From: Ostrea edulis
Lineage: Eukaryota
Direction of reading: 5' to 3'
Length of the DNA stretch: 64,000 bases
Assembly (NCBI RefSeq): GCF_947568905.1
Contig: NC_079170.1
Span: 74,400,001-74,464,000, forward strand
Both the position numbers and the translations under genes were made by a program. The notes below the pieces were generated by a model that ran no database searches, was not told the origin of the DNA, and was given only the letters and a program-made list of their open reading frames with translations. This document shows, piece by piece, positions 12,642-23,838 of the stretch. Position 1 is the first letter of the stretch. Each line of letters starts with the position of its first letter.

Positions 12642-13605
12642 TAGCTGCAGAACTGTAGTTCTCTGAAAAAATATTTTGACATAACAGAGAGCTACAGAGC
12701 CACCCCTTATAAAAACCTTCGATTTACGGCGCACAAAAAGCTGCGCACGGTTGAGGCCTTAAATCGTTGTATTCTTGAGTTACTGTCTCATAAATTTAAT
12801 ATCAACAATTTTTTAACATATTTTCCTACTATATTTGTGTCTAAACATACCTTCAAATATTCATTAAAGCTCCACACGACCTGAAAACTCCCAGCTTCAA
12901 ATGATTTCGTTTGTTGACGTAGCCATGTGAGGTAGCCGGGTCAGTTCGTACCCTGTTGTTGTTGGTATATATTCATAAAATTCGTTATATGTTATGTATT
13001 CGCTCTTCATTTATTATCAATACGAATAATTTATAGAAATTAAAAAATAAAGTTTTTCTAAAGGTAAAATAAGCTCTTGATTCATGAAAATGCTACCAAA
13101 GTCCTTAACACTCGTGTGGCAGGGATGGAGACCGGACCAAACTAATGAAAGCCGCATTGCCGTGAGTTTAGCTATTTGAATAATTATTATTTAAAGGCAC
13201 TGGGATGATATATTATTTAGAATATTTAGCTAAAATATTTGTGGGGATATTAGTTCACATCTAGACGTTATTGTGCAAGTATGAAAATTAACCAGGATTC
13301 GAATTGACCGGCTACCTAACATGGCTACGTCAACAAACGAAATCATTTGAAGCTGGGAGTTTTCAGGTCGTGTGGGGCTTTAATGAATATTTGAAGGTAT
13401 GTTTAGACACAAGTATAGTAAGAAAATCTGTTAAGAATTTTTTGATATTAAATTTATGAGACAGTAAGTCAAGAATACAACAATATAAGGCCTCAACCGT
13501 GCGCAACTTTTTGTGCGCCGTAAATCGAAGGTTTTTATAAGGGGTGGCTCTGTAGCTCTCTTTTATGTCAAAATATTTTTTCAGAGAGCTACAGTTCTGC
13601 AGCTA
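12642..13605. mobile_element. Mutator (MULE)-like non-autonomous DNA transposon, 964 bp, ~308-bp TIRs
   Basis: 12642-12949 is inverted with 13300-13605 at high identity; perfect 9-bp TSD TGTTCCAAC at 12633-12641 and 13606-13614. Confidence 0.85.
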
Positions 13606-14637
13606 TGTTCCAACTAGATCTGGCGACATAATTTTATTTTTTCATCTATTGTGACGTCATGTCAGTATCCATGTGACGTAGGCTATGGATTTAATAAGCT
13701 CCATAGTAAAGTTAGGATTTTTCTAACTTCAAACCCAACCCCTAAAGCTTACGACAATCAATGAAAATGGTTTTTAGCTCTTTGAAGGTTAACTTTTTTA
13801 AAACTGTTTTTGTAAAACCACCCTGTAATATTTCTTGAAATGGTAATTTAGTAATGTAAATGATGAATAAAACATGTTTGCTGGGATTGAAATTTTAGAC
13901 ACCATTTTCCAATATGCGTTTTTTCAAGGTTTTTAACCTAGACGGGTCATTGGGCTCTCAAATTATCCGATACCCTATTTACTTCTTATGTCAAATGATT
14001 GCTGAAGTGTAAAGGTAAAACATATTGAAATGTTTAAAAAATCTGAAAGTTTTTGAAAACACAATTATCCGGATATGGTAGGCTACGATTAGTCAAAATG
14101 TTATTATTATACGTGCATTTTCATCATCTTGAAACCAAGAGCATGGTTCAGTAGATGAAAAAATATTGAAAACAGTCAAATGCAATACATTTTCTTCAAT
14201 TCCTATGAAAGAAACACATATCTATCGTTTAAATAAAGACAGTGTCTTAAAATGTATGTATATTAACACTGCTTGTTTTAAAGTGATATGTTCTATTTTT
14301 AGCAGTGACTGTATTCTGGGAAAGGCCGCTAAACATATTTTTCTTCGGGAATTTGGTCAATATACATCCTTCGTCGATAAAATACATGCAAATTTTAATA
14401 TAAATCGGTAGATGTGGTATGGGAAATTACCTTAAAGAGGTGGAACTAAAGTGATTTTAACTTTTGTGAGCAACAATACGAAATCGCTAATATGATTGAA
14501 CCCTTAACCAATAAGAATCTAGGTCACCATTTAGTACGCGGAGTATATGTAACCTCGAGAAAGTCACGCTCTATTAAAAGTCCAAAGCAGTGAGAGGTTT
14601 GTACTATTTTGTGAGTAACTTTAAAAGTTCCGTTTTA

Positions 14638-17600
14638 CACAGGTAAAATTGCAACATATGTTTGGATATTCATATGCCCAATGAACATATGATTTTATCA
14701 TCATATGGCGAACATATGTTTTGAACATATGTTTAACGTATGTTTGAAACATATTGAACATACTGCAAACTTCAAACATAAGATTAACACAAGGTGAAAC
14801 ATTTATATGTTTAACATGATAAACATATGAAATTTGAACATATTGTAACGGCCAAGCGATTGATTTTATAGTAGCTGCCACCAGTTGTCTTCCTTGACAA
14901 CAATCCAATATTTTGAAAATTGACTCTGATGTAAAGTTTACTAATTTATTGAGTTATGTATAAGTTAGGTGAAGTTTGTTATACAACAATGTAATACTCC
15001 AGAAATATTTCTGGGACTTCATGCACAGAATATAAAAGAACAATCGTAACAATATCTCTTACAATAGAGTTATAGCGACTGAACCTGGTGCCAATATTGT
15101 ATGAATTAATACTAAGTTATAGTCTGACCCAACCAATGAAAGGTGAAGATAACAAATCCATATACAATAACTTATCATTAGTATAAAATAATAATTGGTT
15201 CCCCTCTTTAGATTGATTAGTTGAATTGTTACTTCTATGAATAATATTCTGAATCTTACACTTACTATTAAATTGTGACTTTACGCCAGTAATTCTGAAC
15301 ACAGGTACTGGGAATGATTCTTAATCTAAGTAATTACTTAATCTAATCCTAATTAATTAATTAATCTCCAGATCAGCCTTATCAGGCAACACTGGGAACG
15401 TCCTATTCGTAAAGTAAAATTAGCTATCTCCCAGAATCTTGTCGGATTCTGACTTATATACCCTTTCTTAAGTCCGGGGCAACAGACGGGACAACCCCAC
15501 CAGGGACGGGGCAACGCACGTACAGACTGGTCAACCCCAACTTTCCCCGGACAATCCAAATCCCCATCAAACCAACCCCGGCTAAGTATTCTACGGGACT
15601 ATATCGTTTATCTATAACTAAAATAACTTAAAATGAAGTCTATAAATCCAATTATAATAAAGATCAAACACTTACATTATAAGCACTCTTCGTAGTAAAA
15701 ACAGCCGTCTGCAACCTAAACAACTTTGACCCGAAGATCGGGGTCAAATAAAAATAGACGCGGCCCCAACTCTGACTTTTATAAACAAATATGGCACCTA
15801 ATACGAACAACGTGATTGTTTATCACATTAAAAATCGCTATATACACAAATATATGTGGATGAACACCATGCTACTGAAGTAATCAGCGTAAGTAGGCAA
15901 TAGTCATATTAATAACTTGTGGTTTTACATACAACCCTTTGATTAAAACTATAAATAACACCGGTAACATCGAGTGTATAAAATAACACATGACACATAT
16001 GCACATGTATGTAAACATACTCAGTCAACGACTGGAAATAACGAGAAAAGATCGTAAGGTATAAATACATATAATCAAGCTTGCAATATTAGCTAAAGAA
16101 TGCCATTTTCCTACAATATGATTAACGTATGACAAAAAAGGGGTTGGGGTATATGTTTTATAATGATTTTTGCTTGTTGGAATATCCCCCCTCCCTCCAT
16201 CAAAATCGCTGCATTGGGCCTAGACCCTGTTCTACAAAAGAACTTACAACTAAGACTAAAATTGTTACAGAACAGAGTTTAAATTTAAAAATCTCATCAC
16301 CTTTATAAATAAATCACAAGGTTTTGACACAGTCTGAGCAAACCGGTTTTATAGTATAAAGACTCTTTGGACTTTATAGTCGTAGGTTCTATTGTTTGAC
16401 GTGATCCTAATCTGTAACAAGTATAACAAATATGACGTGCAATTATTTTGAATTACGTTTAACGCTCGCGGAGACAATCTTGCAAAACAGCTTTGTAATT
16501 ATATCCGTCGACGTAATTTACACGCTTGACACTCGCTGTTTATAAAATCCATGCAATTAAAGCATCGATGTAACTAAGAAGATTCAGAACACGTGCGGGT
16601 ATTGGCAGACAATCGATGTGAAAGACTTTCCAACAGTAAGTAGAAAAATGGAATTAATGTCAAGTATAGGCTTACATTCAAAAGTATGTTTTTTGTATAT
16701 AAAGTCAGGTTCTAAGCAGTGTAGGCATACATATCAGAACTAAACAAGGAAAGAAGACTAACCAGAAACGACGCTGTAATTTTTGTAAACGTTTTGTTAA
16801 TATCAGGAAGGTTTCTATATTCAGCCGAAACATTTGTATATTGGGCATAGCTGATTTAGTATTTACAAGTATATTCTTTATATTGATATTTAGAGCAATC
16901 AATAATCCCAACAACTAACGGGGAACCTGCTCGTGGCCGTGAAGATACAGCTGTTTACCCGAAACATCACTAGAACCTCAGGACAAAGTCATGGAAGATT
17001 CTCAACAATGTGTAAGTTCAGTTCATATAAAATTCTCATTTATTGTTGAAAGAAGTCAACAGGAACAATTACTACATTTGTAGATCAAGATATTAGACAT
17101 ATTTTAGACCCCCTCCCCAAACAACACCCTTAATTTTACGCTTACTACATTAGATAAACAAAATATGTATATATAGACATACTATATTTGAATGCAATGT
17201 TAATGACAGTAATCAATGCAACCACACAAAATGCATATTTGTGTCCAACGTCCAGGACCCCCCCCCCCCCCCCCCCCCCCCCGACTTAGTCTGTAGGCTT
17301 TTTCCCGTCTTTTAAAAAATTGTCATGTTTCTTACTTAATTTAAATGCTTTATGGGCCCAGGATTGGTTTAAGAAATGTTGTAATGAAATGAAAATCATT
17401 ATTAAATGTCATGGTCAAACTTTGTGAGAATCAAAATGAAATGATGTGGTGTAAATGTATCTAGATTATTTTATATTTTATTGGGGGAACCCCATAAGTG
17501 GATGCAGTGGGGTATCAATTTATATAAACAAGTATCTTAGTGTCTTCTTTCAGAAATAAGTAGACAGCAAGAAAGTTGATACATAGGGCATTGCAATCAA

Positions 17601-18634
17601 GCAGACACTACTACGGGATGTGGATTAAAGTTACTCACAATATAATCATCCCTACAACAGTTACTGCCAGAAAAAGAGCACCTGACAATAATGCTGGTAA
17701 TTTAATTTTTATGTTCACCAAGTACTACCTTTCCTTTCTATTTAGTGAAAAAATATCTTAATAGGTATGCCAATGAATTGGATTTGAATGAATTGATCTT
17801 ACGTATATGTAAATTATTTGATATTTTGTGCAGGTATACACGCACGGATGTATTTATATTTTATGTGATATTTTTGCATGCTTAATATTAATATAATATT
17901 ATTAGAAATAAATGTACAGCTGTATGTGTCTAAAATAAGTATTGATTGTTCCTCCTTTCATTTCAGGTGCAGCGCAAACCGAATAATAACTATGTAATAA
18001 ATAAATGCTGATTCCTTCCGACATGAATTGTTTCGTTTTTTTTCTGGAAAGGTACTTCGAAATCACATGTATGACCAAAAGATGGTAAACGTTGATGGCA
18101 TGTACATCAACATCAGGGGGATTATGTAAACAAAATACATATTTATTTATGACGGAGTAATACTAACATTTATCTACTGTATATTATCAACAAATAGGCT
18201 AAACAAAAGTTCGAAAACATATATGCTGTGTGTCCCTTCAAGATTATCGTGTTTCAAAACATGTTGAACATATGTTTAGCATATTCTGAACATGTTAATT
18301 ATATGTTTAATACATGTTAAACATGTTTAATATATGTTAAACATATGTTGAACATATATTAATCATATCTTTGATATATGTTAACATATGTTTAATATAA
18401 ACTTGATGTTACAATAATAAGAAAAAAACATGTGAATATCACATGAACAAATTATATGTTTTTCATAAGATAATACAAACATATGTTATTCATATGTTTA
18501 ACATATGCTAATCATATGTTTGAAAACATATGTTGACCTTTAAGTACTCCTTTTATATGATTAACATATGTTTGAAAACATATGTTAATCATATGTTTGA
18601 CACATGATAAACATATGTTGCAATTTTACCAGTG
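14638..18634. mobile_element. CMC/EnSpm (CACTA-like) non-autonomous element, ~4.0 kb
   Basis: 26-bp TIR CAC(A/T)GGTAAAATTGCAACATATGTTT at both ends, flanked by TA. Subterminal arrays of AACATATGTT at about 14655-14845 and 18255-18620. Confidence 0.72.
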
Positions 18635-20104
18635 TAGTGGTTGCTTAATTACAGTATTAACTTTTTTGCTGTTTACTTATACCTGAAAGAAAAACATAAC
18701 CATGATGCTTGTTTACATGTATTGATACCCCACTGCTAACACTTATAAGGCTTCCCCCCAGTAATGGTGATGCAAAATAATATTGATACATTTACACCAC
18801 ATCCTACAATTTTTATTCTCAAAATGTTTGACCTTAGCATTTCTTAAATAATTTTCATATCACTACAATGCAAGGTTTCGTAAACCAATCATGAGTCCAT
18901 AATGCATTTAAACTAAGTAAAAATATGATAATTTTATTATGATTATGATAATTATCCCACAGAATATATCTTCAAATGACATACAAAACGAGACTTAAAA
19001 GGGGTTAATGTTCATTGTGGATGTAAACATTGAAAGTTGTAGTTAATCCCTACTGTAAGTTGCATGTAATCTGGTGTTGTTTGTCAGTAAATTGCTCCTG
19101 CGATGGAGCCCTGGAAAAATGTATGATTAGTGCAAAACTCATTCGAAAGGTGCCGGGGAGTCCTGGAAGCCGGAAACATATACGCTTTTTGTGTGGTTGC
19201 ATTTTGTGTGGTGTCATTAGCCACGGACAATGATATCGCCTGGGTTCGAATTTACTATTAAATAGTAAAGATATAGAACCCCAAATATATTAGCATAATT
19301 TATGTACTATAATGAATTGATATTGGTAAAAATAACATTTGAGTATCAAAATCGTTATGTGTGGTTTGATTTTGGGGGGTAATACTCCGGTTTCGAGATA
19401 CGCTCGAGTTATTTCCCTTTGAAGAACTTTCGTACATAGTAAGGCGCGAAACAACTTGTTTACATGCGGGAGTGGGGCGAATATTCATCACTGCATAAGT
19501 GAATGTACCCATTAAGTTTGTCATACGCTGTTTTATCACCCCGAATTCAAGTGATAAGTATTCAGGTAGTAATTAGATACATGGAATTCTTATTACATCA
19601 CGTAATTTTATTGGTCGTAGGTGTCATATTCTGGATATTACTTTCAAATATGACATTGTTTTTATGTTTCTGCTTTTGTAAAACATTTCTTTCAATAGTA
19701 TTTTGTGTTTCTAATATTTACATATTTAAAAAGAAGCCGCTTTTAATACATTTTATCGTCTTCCTCACTGACTGTAGGTTCACCCTGTCCCACTTAGGCC
19801 CTCAAAATTCTACTAAATGTACCTCCTACACAAAAGAACTCTTATCTCGAAACTGACGTATTCCACCGGTCGAAATTCCTGTGATTAGTGAAAGTGCAGA
19901 GTGTTAACGACTTGCAGTTACTTGGAACTATTACGGACTACAGTTTATTGAACCGATATTGACAGTTCCATCGCCAAACATTCGTCATTAGGTGTGAATG
20001 TCATGGTTTCGCAGAGATGACCTTAAAAACGGATGATGCATGCCACAGAAGATGTGGTACGCTAGAGAACCCTCACCGGTTTTGGTGACGTTTCCATGAC
20101 TTAG

Positions 20105-20240
20105 ATATCTAGCTCCAGTTTTTGGCACTCTAGTTTTCCCTTTAGCTCTTACATGTTTATAGGTATTGTTATTTCGAATTTCCAAAATTTCGGCTTGAGC
20201 ATTACTGAAGAGACATTGTTTGTCGAAATACGCATCTTGT
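20105..20240 (+). mobile_element. Degenerate single copy of the hammerhead-repeat (retrozyme) family
   Basis: GAGCATTA-CTGAAGA-GACAttgttTGTC-GAAA-TACGCATC (core at 20205) with upstream similarity to the 350-bp unit. Confidence 0.7.
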
Positions 20241-21154
20241 TTTAAAAAATCGGGTTGACGTGTCCGGTTAAACAGAAAATAAAAGAAAACCTCTAACTTT
20301 CAACAAGATAAATTCAACCGTTCGTTAAAATTTACCTCTCGAGAACCACATAGATACGGTTTGTCAATTTCACAGTACACATTTCCTTAAGTAGTATATA
20401 TTCCAGTTTGTTTAAACAATGCTCCCTAAAACCAAGTTAAGATCACAATGGGAATTTTGTGAATTGATGCTTAAGAAAAACTATGTTCATGTATTGTAAA
20501 GAACAGAGCTCCAATTTAGTTAAAGGATGTGTATGATGTGCTTTCCTGTATATTGGGTAATATTCAGAACCAATTTTTGTTTTTGTTTATCTCTCTTAAA
20601 CCAGGCAAAGGGTGCACTTGTTATAGTATACAATAAAGATCTTAAACTATATGCATTTAACAATTGGCGATATACTTTGTGCAGAATTCATATTCAAGTG
20701 TCAATACTTCGGATGTAAATAGGGATTATTAGAATACTTTAAGATATTTCAAATAGCTTTATAAGTTTACATGCATCCTCTGACAGGTTGTGTTCAATGT
20801 CTGGAGTTGCCACGTGATAGTTCTAACTTTATGACCAGGTTACGCCCACAGCTTTGAGTATCTTTGTCACAACAACGTGACACTGATGATGACCTTCGTG
20901 ACCTATGTACCTTACACATTGTATGTTCTGTTTCAAATATCGAATTGAACGTCCAGTATGATAACCAAACATAAAAGAACCATTCTTATAAGTACGTCCT
21001 AGCTGTTACGTAATGTTCACTTTCAGTATTATATTTCATGAGTTTCCCCTATGCTACATATTCAATAGTTCTCCACTATGGACAGTTACGTTTTTATAAA
21101 GACTTGTTGTGATGTATGCGCTTCATAAAGGTATTATCAATGACAGTGTCGCGC

Positions 21155-21321
21155 CGGTAAGTGAGAAAGTTTCCCAGTTTACTTTCGGAAGGTCGGTGGT
21201 CTCTTCCCAGGTGCATTGTATCTGGGTTCTCTCTTCCACCAACAAAAACTGGGCGCCACCATATAACTGAAAAATTGTTGAGTGTGGCGGAAAACATCAA
21301 AAATCAATCAATCAAAATCAA
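21155..21321 (+). mobile_element. SINE 3' fragment (V-domain-like)
   Basis: GGTCGGTGGTCTCTTCCCAGG...CTCTCTTCCACCAACAAAAACTG...GAGTGTGGCGGAAAAC followed by an (AATC)n tail; family recalled from memory only. Confidence 0.45.
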
Positions 21322-23118
21322 TGACAATGTGTGCCAGATCTTACCATTTCTCAATAACGATGTATTGTGTGACCTCAAATTATCTTTAAGAGCACTAATG
21401 ATTTAGCAAGCGTGTTCAATTTAGCAATGTTACTTTATGACAAGCTGGTAGGAGGTTGGTTTACGTAACTTGTGACGTCGACCGCAAGCCGGAACGGAAT
21501 TACCTCCAGGTATGTAGCTTTCTGGGGAAAACTGTGATAACTTACAGAGCTACATACTCACCACTTTTAAAACGTTCAATATACGGTGCAGAAAAATGCC
21601 CATATTTGAGGTCTTATATCGCTCAGTTATGTAGGTTTTTTTTCCTGAGCTGTAAATCGAAGGTTTGTACAAAGGGTGGATCTGTCTTTCTCTTGTCTTA
21701 CCAGATAGCTATAGATCTGCAGCGAGGGTGGAAGTGCGTAACTAAATGAGTATTTTTTCTGCTTGTACGGCTATACACACATTCATTGGATCGTGATTAT
21801 AGTGAGGTGAAGGTGGTTTTATGTTTTTTTTTGTAGGCTTGAGAGGTGAGAGATTCAATTTGAGTCACAATGCACGAAGGGATGAAAACGAAACAAGCAA
21901 ACAATCTTTATGACTTATCTATAGCTATGTTTCTTAACCTCTTCGTAAATGAATAAATATATAGCAGTGATATGTCATGTTCTCTTTAATGAAATTCATC
22001 AACGTTAACAATTATAATTCTTTTTCTCAGCTCCTATCTAATCTTTTCTAATGAGTTGAATTTCGCGCCTATTTGTTATTGATGAAAATATTGAGACCCA
22101 AGCACCCTCACCACCACAATCATTTTAATCATTGTCATTATATCACTAATATTCTAATACTATTCTTATTTAGTCCTGCATATAGCGCGTATAATGCATG
22201 AATTGATGTCTGTGACCCTTAAAACGAGGTGAGCGCAATGGTGTTGTTGATGAATACATTTCAAGTTTGCTCTACATTGACATAATCAATGTTACTTTAT
22301 GACAGACGTGTTAACAGACTACAAGTGCACCGATCGTTTCTATCTGTGATGTATAACGTATTAGAAATAAAAATGTAACAGGTGATAGCCATCATACAGT
22401 TTAGGCAAAACAAAAATATTAATATCACAGAAAAAAAATGAAATTACTATCAATCAATTGAATTGCGTTTTAGGAAAACAATTAAGTTAAAAAAGAAGGC
22501 CAAACCTCTATCGAAAATTAAAAGAAAAACAAATCAGTAAATTACTATTCACTTGTGTGTATTTGGTATTGAAATTCATAAACCTTATCCAGTATATCTT
22601 GTAAATTTCAGATGCATTCTCGTTGATGTTCATAAGTACATTATAATGAAAAAAAGACTATATTGACAAAATGCAGTACTGACACCCAGTCAAACGTTCA
22701 GCGTGTGTTTTAGGTGTTCAGTTGTTGAAAACTAGTGAAACTATAATTACCTGTACCGATGTTTTTGTTTTTAACTCTTTACTATCAAAACAAGACGGAA
22801 ACGTATCTAGGTTATTTCAAATTGTTTTAGAACATTGACAATTGAATCTATCGAAGTAAATGGAAAATATATCTTTACCCTTTTTTTTCAAATTTAATTC
22901 GTGTATTAATATTATTTCTATTCTATTTATTTTGCCGATGAATGCGAATGCTTGAGTTTACGAGCGTACACGCAAATACGCCCATGGGAAGGTGTTGCCT
23001 TTCGTGAATTATTATTGCTTGCCTGATATCCATCACCTAACAAAATGTTCTGGATTGGAGATTGTGAGGTAATATAACACAGAACGTAAACATACAGCTT
23101 GCAACTCCGCAGGGAATA

Positions 23119-23200
23119 ATTTGCATATTAATTATGATATGAAATACATGTATAAAAGATACGTAAACGATGATTTTGAAATCAGATGGAACACGGTAAG
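23119..23200 (+). promoter_or_regulatory. Putative core promoter and short non-coding first exon of ApeC A
   Basis: Octamer ATTTGCAT 23119-23126, TATAAAAG 23151-23158, Inr-like TCAGAT 23182-23187 and donor G|GTAAG at 23196. A matching acceptor TTTTCAG lies at 23828, 10 nt before the ATG. The layout is repeated upstream of gene C. Confidence 0.55.
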
Positions 23201-23460
23201 GTTTTAAAACAATTGCAATCAAATTTGAAAACGGTTATCTTAAGTCTTAAATTGGGTTGTGTTATCACCTGTTTTTTGTTTTATTTTTTCTGTTTATTTG
23301 GTAAATTATCTGTAACTATGTGCGACCCATTCATAGATATGCTATCTTTTGCGCAGCTAATTTGTTTTCGATATTTCCAAACATAATATCATAGACTAAA
23401 CGTGAAATACTCTCTTTACAAATTATGACGTGCATTATGTGATTTAATATGGGACACTAA

Positions 23461-23660
23461 TTTTGACCATGGATTACTCTATATACCTGATCAAGACCGG
23501 GCTCAAGACGGCTGTGACCGGTCGACAGGGGATGTTCACTCCTAGACACCTGCTCCCTCCTATGATATGTCTAGGGGTCCGTGTACGCCCATTTGTTTTT
23601 ATTTTGTAATCCTTGTGAGAGTTATGGGATTGATTACTCTTTGATATCTACGCCTTTCAT
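23461..23660 (+). mobile_element. Degenerate Naiad-type 3'UTR in the gene A 5'UTR intron
   Basis: ACCTGATC..GGGCTC..GTGACCGGTCGACAGGGGATG..CACCTG...GGGGTCCGTGT. Confidence 0.7.
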
Positions 23661-23838
23661 TGAATTGAAGGTTTACCGCTAGTTTGTTTTTCAACGATTC
23701 TAAAACCTTAATGCATATGCTGCATATACACCTGTGCATCAGACAATGTATATGTTATATATTTGTATGTATAACCAATGATTTTGTTGAATTAAAGTAA
23801 TCGAAACGGAAATTTCTATTATTTTCAGGATCAATAAG

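Noticed and set aside
14844-16269. Solo LTR bounded by TGTAAC...GTTACA
   Set aside because: No matching target-site duplication; the hexamers are expected by chance in AT-rich DNA.
22900-23200. NF-kB sites in the ApeC promoters
   Set aside because: GGGAATAATT at 23112 does not fit GGGRNWYYCC, and I found no clear kB site near any of the three TATA boxes.
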